Of a stretch of 64,000 nucleotides of DNA, positions 57,371 to 64,000 are shown piece by piece. Within the stretch, counting starts at the first letter, position 1, and every line of letters begins with the position of its first letter. The stretch spans positions 280-64,279 of the forward strand of contig JAHJQM010000029.1 in the NCBI GenBank assembly GCA_018819285.1. Reading direction: 5' to 3'. Both the position numbers and the translations under genes were made by a program. The DNA is from Candidatus Omnitrophota bacterium (lineage in GTDB: Bacteria; Omnitrophota; Gorgyraeia; Gorgyraeales; Gorgyraeaceae). Below the pieces are notes generated by a model. That model did no database searches, was not told the origin of the DNA, and was given only the letters and a program-made list of their open reading frames with translations.

Positions 57371-58111
57371 TCAATTTTTTACGCAGTCCGCCATAAAATC
57401 TATGCATGCGGCCAGATCTTTCTCTCTCCACGTAAAATCATTTATCGTTATTCTCTTATAATAATTATCCACTATGTTTAGCCTTGGAGGAAAAAATTTA
57501 AAGATGCCTATTTTCTTCAGCCTTTCGTAAAATTTTAACTTCGCTGTATAAAAAAGCCCATGTATCCGGCAGTCTTCAAAAACCAGCCTGAGTGTTGAAT
57601 CAAATTCTTTATACGTAAATTCTTTTACGTGAAAAGGGTTTTTGGGGTAAGGCCTGTTGGGTTTTTTGTTTTTGTCTAGGTTAAGCGTAGAGATAAAAGC
57701 CCTTCCGCCTTTCTTCAAAACCCTTTTCATGGATTCCAGATATCCGGCGATTTCGTCTTCAGGTATGTGCTCTATTACCTGAAAGCTCACGACAGCATCA
57801 AAAGAGTTATCTGGAAATTCAGAATATGCGTTGTCAGTTTTCTTAAACTCCAGATTTTTCTTTTTATACTTACCTGCGGCCAGCGCCACATTCTTTTCAA
57901 GGATATCCGCAGCTTTTACAGACCTGGCATGATCCGCCAAAAAATTAGCTCCATACCCGTCCCCAAAACCAATCTCCAGTATATCTTTGCCTTTAATATA
58001 AGGAAGTGCGAAATAATACGCGCTTAAATGCCTTGCAAAAAACTTTGGCGGAGTCTCTTCAGGCAATATGCCAGAGCCGCCCGGCCTTAGATTATCAATG
58101 TCATTAACCAT
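57371..58111 (-). CDS. class I SAM-dependent methyltransferase
   Basis: ILEIGFGDGYGANFLA. Confidence 0.7.
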   Translation of the reverse strand: MVNDIDNLRPGGSGILPEETPPKFFARHLSAYYFALPYIKGKDILEIGFGDGYGANFLADHARSVKAADILEKNVALAAGKYKKKNLEFKKTDNAYSEFPDNSFDAVVSFQVIEHIPEDEIAGYLESMKRVLKKGGRAFISTLNLDKNKKPNRPYPKNPFHVKEFTYKEFDSTLRLVFEDCRIHGLFYTAKLKFYERLKKIGIFKFFPPRLNIVDNYYKRITINDFTWREKDLAACIDFMADCVKN

Positions 58112-58964
58112 GCAGTTTAAACCTGTCTTTTATAATATCCACTATTTCCGTGGCCCTGTGCATATATGTGTGTTTTTCAATAACAAGTCTGTGGCCGTTT
58201 TCCGCTATAGCTTCCCTTTCTTCCCTGTGCTTTAAATAATATTCTATCAGCTCAAACATATCTTTTGGCCTGTCAAATATTACCAAGTGCTTCCTGTCCT
58301 CGAACCCAAGTTTTTCCGCGCTATCATCCCTCAGCCTTTTCATTAAAAGCATTGCCCCGCAAGACAAGATTTCATAATTTCTCATTGTAAAACATTCGCC
58401 GCGTATAGGGAGACTGAATCCGATCTTGCAGGAACTGTATGTCCTTGCCATTTCCCTGTAATCAGCCGGGCCGATCAAGCTTTTGGGATACCGCTCCAAA
58501 ATCTCCTGAAGAAAAAACTTCCTCGGCACTCCTCCATCTGTTCCTACGAAACCTATATCGTAAATCCTGTCCATATTAAGCCTTTTATGAGTTTCCGGGT
58601 CGCATCCGACATTCATCCATATAATCTCTACAGGAGAAACATTCTGGAGCATGGATATTTCTTTGCGCATGGGGCAGAATACAAGGTCATAAGCCTTTTT
58701 TATTATATGTTTTTTTATCTTCTTAAAAGGCCCTTTTAAATGGACATCCGAAACATAATAAATCCTCGGGAATAGCTCCTTGGGCATAACATAATCGTAA
58801 TAACCATCGTCTATACGAAAATAAAAATCAAATTCCGGCTTGATTTTATCTATATCCTTCGGCCAGAAATGCCCCACATCATGGCCCAGATGCCTCAACG
58901 CCCTTTCAAAATAAACACCCATTGTATCCGGGCGCTCTTTGCCGAATATTATAGCTATTTTCAT
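58104..58964 (-). CDS. CgeB-like / GT1-related glycosyltransferase
   Basis: Resembles the DUF3880 plus Glyco_trans_1_2 layout. Low certainty. Confidence 0.45.
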   Translation of the reverse strand: MKIAIIFGKERPDTMGVYFERALRHLGHDVGHFWPKDIDKIKPEFDFYFRIDDGYYDYVMPKELFPRIYYVSDVHLKGPFKKIKKHIIKKAYDLVFCPMRKEISMLQNVSPVEIIWMNVGCDPETHKRLNMDRIYDIGFVGTDGGVPRKFFLQEILERYPKSLIGPADYREMARTYSSCKIGFSLPIRGECFTMRNYEILSCGAMLLMKRLRDDSAEKLGFEDRKHLVIFDRPKDMFELIEYYLKHREEREAIAENGHRLVIEKHTYMHRATEIVDIIKDRFKLHG

Positions 58965-59299
58965 TTTTTAATATGTATCTTCTCTAATTGAAACTTAGCG
59001 GATATCTTTTTAAACCCTGCCAGCATCTTTTCTGTTTTCCCTTTATTGTAAAATACCTCTAATTCTTTTCCGAATAAGATGCCTGAAAAAACATATAAGA
59101 ACACAAAAACCGCAAAAAATTTATCCGGAATAAATATATTACTGATCAGCTTATGCCTTGAGATCATCTGTCTCGCTTCTTTTTCAGGCCTGCCTTTTAT
59201 AAGAACCGACACTGGTATATTTTTACGGTCCAATTCCAGGGACAGCTCTCTTGCGTTATGCCAGCCCGCCTCACATAAAATAACATGCTTTTTAGACAT
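58961..59299 (-). CDS. hypothetical small protein
   Basis: 112-aa ORF fitting between neighbours with 4- and 8-nt overlaps. Confidence 0.3.
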   Translation of the reverse strand: MSKKHVILCEAGWHNARELSLELDRKNIPVSVLIKGRPEKEARQMISRHKLISNIFIPDKFFAVFVFLYVFSGILFGKELEVFYNKGKTEKMLAGFKKISAKFQLEKIHIKK

Positions 59300-59951
59300 A
59301 AGAAATCTTATCTTTTGTTTTGATTACCCTGGCCGGGTTTCCAAGAAGATACTTATTGGACGGGACATCGCCTAACACCAGGCTTCCTGCGCCTATTGCA
59401 ACATGCTTTCCCAGAGTAGCTTTGACAATAGTAGCGCCTATGCCTAAAAAAGAATTATCGCCTATTTTCACATAACCTGCGGTTGCTACGCCAGGCGCTA
59501 TAAAGACATTCTTTCCTATCACATTGTCATGCTCTATTATAGAGCCTGACCATATCACGCTATTATCGCCTATCCTGGCGCCGGGATTTATAACAACTCT
59601 CGGTCCTATATAAATACCGCTGCCTATTTTAACAGATTTGGAAATTACAGCAGTTGGGTGAATCGCATTTATAAACTTTAGATTTTTTCTTTTAGCAATA
59701 TCTTTACAATAAAACAACCTTTCTTTTAAAAAATAATAACCAAACGCTATAATGGCGTTTTCTATTTTCAATTTTTTAAAAATAGCCGCATAACCGGAGC
59801 ATTTGCCCAGAATTGGATATCCTAGGAATTTGCCTTTTTTACCATCGTCCAGAAAGCCTGCCACCTCACAAGAACCCTCCAGCTCAATAGCCTCACATAT
59901 TACCTTAGCCAGCCCGCCTACGCCGAATATGATAACCTTCATCTTTACCAC
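59292..59951 (-). CDS. sugar O-acyltransferase, hexapeptide-repeat (NeuD/PglD-like)
   Basis: N-terminal Rossmann-like VIIFGVGGLAK and left-handed beta-helix repeats IGDNSVIWSGSIIEHDNVIGKNVFIAPG. Confidence 0.75.
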   Translation of the reverse strand: MVKMKVIIFGVGGLAKVICEAIELEGSCEVAGFLDDGKKGKFLGYPILGKCSGYAAIFKKLKIENAIIAFGYYFLKERLFYCKDIAKRKNLKFINAIHPTAVISKSVKIGSGIYIGPRVVINPGARIGDNSVIWSGSIIEHDNVIGKNVFIAPGVATAGYVKIGDNSFLGIGATIVKATLGKHVAIGAGSLVLGDVPSNKYLLGNPARVIKTKDKISYV

Positions 59952-60913
59952 CCCTTCTTTTTTCTATAATATTCTATTGTCTTTTTCAATCCTTTTTCGA
60001 AAGAAGTTTTGGGTTTCCAGTCAATGTATTGCCTGATTTTCTTGGTATCAGGGATACGCCTTGGTATATCCTCATATCCTTCGCCAAACACCTTTTTATG
60101 CTCTATAAATTTTATTTCCGACTTAAAGCCGCCTGCCTTTTTCATAAACTTAGCCAGCTCATGCATAGTATATTCTTTTGAAGTGCCTATATTAAAAACA
60201 TTATTTTCCGCTCTTTTACAGAATGCGAGTTTTATTATAGCGTCTATCGCGTCATCCACATAGATAAATGTCCTGGTCTGCTTGCCATCCCCATGCACCG
60301 TAATATCCTCTCCGTTTAAAAACTGTTTGAGGAAAATAGGCATTACCCTTCCATGGCCCAGGTCATCAAGCTTCGGCCCGTATACATTAAAAAACCTGTA
60401 GATAACAAACGGAAGTTTTTCCTGTTTTCCCAGCGCAAACAGGTAATGTTCACAGGCTGCTTTTGACGTAGAATAGCACCATCTGTGGATATTAGTTGCG
60501 CCCAACACCCTATCGTCATCCTCTTTCCACGGCACATTTTTATTTCTCCCAAAAACCTCAGAGGTTGAAGAAAAAATTACCTTGGTCTTGTTTTCCGCAG
60601 CTATCTTAAAGATATTTATGCCTGCCAAGAGGTCTACTTCCATGACATTCAAAGGATTAGTCACATATTTAAGCGGGTCTGCTATAGCGGCAAGATGGAA
60701 TATCATGGCGATATCCTTCATCTCATGCTTCATTAAAGACAGGTCGCAGACAGAGCCCTGCACAAACCTGAAGTTTTTATGCGATAAAAGATGGGCTATC
60801 TTTTCCCCATCTGACATATCAAGGGCTGTAACCCCATAACCCTTGTCCAGCAGTTTTTCGCATATGTAGGACCCCAGAAACCCGGCGCCTCCTGTAACTA
60901 AAATCTTCTTCAT
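59945..60913 (-). CDS. NAD-dependent nucleotide-sugar epimerase/dehydratase
   Basis: MKKILVTGGAGFLGSY and YxxxK (YSTSK). Confidence 0.8.
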   Translation of the reverse strand: MKKILVTGGAGFLGSYICEKLLDKGYGVTALDMSDGEKIAHLLSHKNFRFVQGSVCDLSLMKHEMKDIAMIFHLAAIADPLKYVTNPLNVMEVDLLAGINIFKIAAENKTKVIFSSTSEVFGRNKNVPWKEDDDRVLGATNIHRWCYSTSKAACEHYLFALGKQEKLPFVIYRFFNVYGPKLDDLGHGRVMPIFLKQFLNGEDITVHGDGKQTRTFIYVDDAIDAIIKLAFCKRAENNVFNIGTSKEYTMHELAKFMKKAGGFKSEIKFIEHKKVFGEGYEDIPRRIPDTKKIRQYIDWKPKTSFEKGLKKTIEYYRKKKGW

Positions 60914-60972
60914 CCCACCCTCTCTTTCCTCAAATATTAGTCCTATCTACTTATTCCTTATTCTCCCACAAC

Positions 60973-60997
60973 TGTGCTCAAGACCTGGTCTTGAGCA
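60973..60997. repeat. REP-C palindrome copy 2 (gtgctcaagacctggtcttgagcac; extended arms caact.../...ggttg)
   Basis: Perfect 12-bp arms around a central T. Located in the divergent promoter region between 59945..60913 (-) and 61092..61811 (+). Confidence 0.75.
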
Positions 60998-61091
60998 CGG
61001 TTGTATTCTTTGGATTTTAGCATAAAACCACATCTTAGGCAATTTTAATCTTGCGGTTTGGTTAACAATATGCTAACTTATTCTAAACATT

Positions 61092-61811
61092 ATGCTAATA
61101 ACGATAGTGATACCCGCATACAATGAGGAAAAAAGGATAATACCAACGCTAAAAAGCATAGTCTCTTACTTTTCCGATAAAAAAATACCCCATGAAATAA
61201 TCATATCAGATGACGGCTCAAGCGATAATACGGTAAAAATCGCAACAGACCTGAAAACCAGCTATCCTCAAATCTCTGTATTCAGCCTGAATAAAAATTC
61301 CGGCAAAGGAAAAGCTGTAAGAGAAGGCATGATCAGGGGAAAAGGCGACTATATCCTGTTTATGGACGCGGACAGCTCAACATCTATAGAAGAATTCGAA
61401 AAATTCATGCCTTTGATCTATCGAAGCAAGGATATTATAATGGGCACGAGAAAAAGCAAGGGCGCCCAGATAATAGAGCACCAGCCTTTCTTAAGAGAAT
61501 TTTTAGGAAAAGGATTCACCTGGTTTTCAAATATAATGACGGGGGCACATGTATCTGACTTTACATGCGGGTTTAAATGTTTTTCCAAAAAAGCCGTGAA
61601 CGATATATTTAAAAAAGCCCTTATAGACGACTGGTCGTTTGACGCGGAGATATTATTTCTGGCTAAAAGAATGGGCTATGAAATTATAGAAGTGCCTGTA
61701 GTATGGAAAAATGACAGGGCGACCAAGGTAAGGCTCGTCCGCGACACCCTGCATTCGCTAAGGGGGCTCGTCCGCATAAGGCGCCAAGCCTTAAAGGGCT
61801 CCTACCGGTAA
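61092..61811 (+). CDS. GT2 glycosyltransferase, Dpm1/polyprenyl-phosphate sugar synthase-like
   Basis: ITIVIPAYNEEKRI...ISDDGSSDNT...FMDADSS. It is the only confident plus-strand gene in the window. Confidence 0.8.
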   Translation: MLITIVIPAYNEEKRIIPTLKSIVSYFSDKKIPHEIIISDDGSSDNTVKIATDLKTSYPQISVFSLNKNSGKGKAVREGMIRGKGDYILFMDADSSTSIEEFEKFMPLIYRSKDIIMGTRKSKGAQIIEHQPFLREFLGKGFTWFSNIMTGAHVSDFTCGFKCFSKKAVNDIFKKALIDDWSFDAEILFLAKRMGYEIIEVPVVWKNDRATKVRLVRDTLHSLRGLVRIRRQALKGSYR

Positions 61812-63244
61812 AAAATCCTCTCAAAAAACAAGAAGAAGAACTGCTTTCTGAAGCGAAGCTTCGCTATGGGATGATACAGAAAAAAGATTATCTTCAGGTA
61901 TAACCTTGTGAATTTATAGCTGACGTTTTGATTCGCGAAATACGAAACAAAGCTCAGGGCTTCTAACTTTTTTATTTGCTTACCATTCAACCAGCTGGGA
62001 TATTTTTCAAGCCACCTGTCCAGCGTAAGATGCCTCCATCCCTCCAGGGAATCTGGTTTTTTGAACCCGTACTCAAGGGCCAGCGTAAAAAATTCCGTCC
62101 CGAATACAGGCGCAAAGACAAAGAACAGCGTGTATGCATTTTTATTTTCCACGCACAATTTAATGGCAAAATCCACGCTATCCTTAACCTCAACTTCAGT
62201 CTCTGTAGGAAAACCTACCATAAAAGTATATTTGGCCTTTATGGGATAAAGCGACAGCTTCCTGTTTGCCTCTCTAATAAGGTCCAGGCTCTCGTCTTTT
62301 TTTATGAACTTATTTACCCGCGGATTCCCAGACTCAACCCCGATATCCAGATTATGGCATCCGCTTTCAAAAACAACTCGGATATCTTCTTCGGTCAATT
62401 TACAAATAGCGTCTGCCCTGATTCCCAGGGTCCCCCATTGGATTTTTTTATCCATGGAAGCCAGCTGGGAAACAAGATCCTTGAACCTGGACAGGCTGCC
62501 TGCCAGGTTATCGTCTTGAAAATATATATTGGAAACACTATATCTCTCCTGGAGAAGCCTTACGTTATCCATTACCCTTTTTACTGAAAACGCCCTCCAG
62601 GTAGGGCTTGCGACAGGAGACGCGCAGAATTTACACCTGTAAGGACAACCCCTGCTGGTAAAAACAGTAGCAGACCTGCCTTTACCTATCTCAAAAGTGC
62701 TGTACTTATCCATCGAAAGCAGTTCGTAAGGCGGCATGGGCAAGATATCGAGATCTTTGATAGGCTCTCTCTTTCCCGTATAGACCACGCTGCCGGATTC
62801 TTTAAAATATACGCCCTTTACATTATTGAGGCTCTTTTTTTCGTATAAATTTTCCGCTATCTCATAAAGCGTAAAATCGCCCTCGCCCTGGCACACTATA
62901 TCGACAAGCGGGTGCATTACAGATTGTTCAGGTAAAAGCGTGGCGTGAATTCCGCCAAGGACCGTAGGCACAGAAGAAATCCCCTTGATAAATCCAAGGA
63001 TATCAAGCATATGGCCTATCTGCTCTCCTGTCATGGAAGTTACCCCCACAAGGACAGGCTCTCTGGCAAGAAGTTTAACCAGGGTGGCTTTCCATTGTCT
63101 ATCCAGGCGCTGATCCAGAAGATCAACCTCATACCCTTTTGCCCTGGGCACTGCTGCCACAGCCAAGAGGGATTCAGGAAAACGCATTGACATCGCGTCC
63201 CATGAACCTGTTCTGGGCTGAATCAATAGTATTCTTTTTTTCAT
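61802..63244 (-). CDS. B12-binding-domain radical SAM protein
   Basis: N-terminal cobalamin-binding-like domain and radical SAM CxxxCxxC (RGCPYRCKFC). Confidence 0.8.
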   Translation of the reverse strand: MKKRILLIQPRTGSWDAMSMRFPESLLAVAAVPRAKGYEVDLLDQRLDRQWKATLVKLLAREPVLVGVTSMTGEQIGHMLDILGFIKGISSVPTVLGGIHATLLPEQSVMHPLVDIVCQGEGDFTLYEIAENLYEKKSLNNVKGVYFKESGSVVYTGKREPIKDLDILPMPPYELLSMDKYSTFEIGKGRSATVFTSRGCPYRCKFCASPVASPTWRAFSVKRVMDNVRLLQERYSVSNIYFQDDNLAGSLSRFKDLVSQLASMDKKIQWGTLGIRADAICKLTEEDIRVVFESGCHNLDIGVESGNPRVNKFIKKDESLDLIREANRKLSLYPIKAKYTFMVGFPTETEVEVKDSVDFAIKLCVENKNAYTLFFVFAPVFGTEFFTLALEYGFKKPDSLEGWRHLTLDRWLEKYPSWLNGKQIKKLEALSFVSYFANQNVSYKFTRLYLKIIFFLYHPIAKLRFRKQFFFLFFERIFYR

Positions 63245-63999
63245 ATATCCGCCCGCTTCTCAGCCATAACCAGGAGAAAAGGCAAAAACCTTTTCAGGAC
63301 TGGGATCTTTTCCGCTAGCCTTTCGAATTTTAGCACAGAGCCGAAACGATTGATTATCTGCGGCGGGAAAAATCCAAAATTCTTAAAAGTAATATCCTTA
63401 TAGCAAGCTAGAGATAACGCTTCTTTAAGAAGTTTCCGCGATAATTTGAACGTGCCCATCTCCGAACGAAGATCCATATCCTTTTGGAAAACATATTGGA
63501 AAAAAAATAACGGATTCAGCCTGTTTGGCTCCAGGAAACATATCCTGCCGCCGGGCTTAAGTAGTTTCAGGAATTCTGAGAAATACGCCTTCAGGTTATC
63601 CGTATCCAGATGATGCAGTATGAAAAAACCTATTATAGCGTCGTAATGATCCTCTGCGCTGCACGACATGTCTTCTATGGGCATGCAATGCACTTTTAAT
63701 TTATCCGCAGGGATGCCCGCCTTCCTTGAATCCTCCTCGAGGCGCTTAAGCTGCACCTCTGAAAGGTCCACGCAAGTGACTTTAAACCCTTTCTTTAGCA
63801 AATGAATCGTAAACCTTCCGGCTCCAGAGCCTATTTCAAGTATATTGCTGCTCCGGCTGAGATTAGCGAAATCAAGCAGATAACTTGTTAGATTTTTAGC
63901 ATACAGGTCTTCGGCCCGGTACCTTAAATAAACATGTTCTTTCTCGGCAGAATAATATTCTTTCTGCAGTTCTTTTCTGGTAATCATATCCCCTTTCAC
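63241..63999 (-). CDS. class I SAM-dependent methyltransferase
   Basis: LEIGSGAGRFTIHLLKKGFKVTCVDLS. Confidence 0.7.
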   Translation of the reverse strand: MKGDMITRKELQKEYYSAEKEHVYLRYRAEDLYAKNLTSYLLDFANLSRSSNILEIGSGAGRFTIHLLKKGFKVTCVDLSEVQLKRLEEDSRKAGIPADKLKVHCMPIEDMSCSAEDHYDAIIGFFILHHLDTDNLKAYFSEFLKLLKPGGRICFLEPNRLNPLFFFQYVFQKDMDLRSEMGTFKLSRKLLKEALSLACYKDITFKNFGFFPPQIINRFGSVLKFERLAEKIPVLKRFLPFLLVMAEKRADI

Positions 64000-64000
64000 T

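Overview
This is a 64-kb stretch of a low-GC (about 40%) bacterial chromosome in which almost every gene lies on the minus strand. Contents, from low to high coordinates:

- **Giant secreted proteins.** Two giant secreted multidomain proteins occupy the first 18 kb. One is at least 2,690 codons (1..8076) and runs off the window start. The other is a complete 2,464-aa protein (10427..17821) with lipase, PPC, PKD and CFI-box-like domains. A membrane-anchored wHTH regulator and an rluD homologue lie between them.
- **REP/RAYT locus.** A lipoprotein gene, an XRE regulator gene and an IS200-like Y1 HuH transposase (RAYT-like) gene sit together. The transposase gene is flanked by 35-nt palindromes of the AAGTTGACA...TGTCAACTT family. 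At least 12 copies of that palindrome family are scattered through the rest of the window, always hard against the 3' ends of genes, and four copies supply the stop codon of the upstream gene.
- **Housekeeping genes.** thrC, hom, a PilZ-domain gene, tRNA-Pro(GGG), gpsA, lspA, a dksA/traR-like gene, ileS, mtnP and proC follow. A complete dcw cell-wall/division cluster runs mraZ to ftsA with no ftsZ after ftsA. An rbfA-nrnA-truB-ribF block is next, then an apparently truncated CCA-enzyme gene whose last codons are encoded by a second palindrome family.
- **Glycan cluster.** 50–64 kb is a glycan/polysaccharide biosynthesis cluster: glycosyltransferases, epimerases, methyltransferases, a B12-radical-SAM gene and a hexapeptide acyltransferase.

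Regulatory signals seen directly in the sequence include three AAAGTGG MraZ boxes at the dcw promoter, an intrinsic terminator plus two further perfect hairpins upstream of gpsA, and SD/anti-SD hairpins. No CRISPR array, rRNA or prophage was seen.

The most interesting system is the REP/RAYT-like palindrome family together with its cognate HuH transposase, and the pair of giant surface proteins. The lineage is not identifiable from sequence alone. Giant ORFs plus compact co-directional genes are reminiscent of Omnitrophota or CPR-like genomes, but that is speculation.
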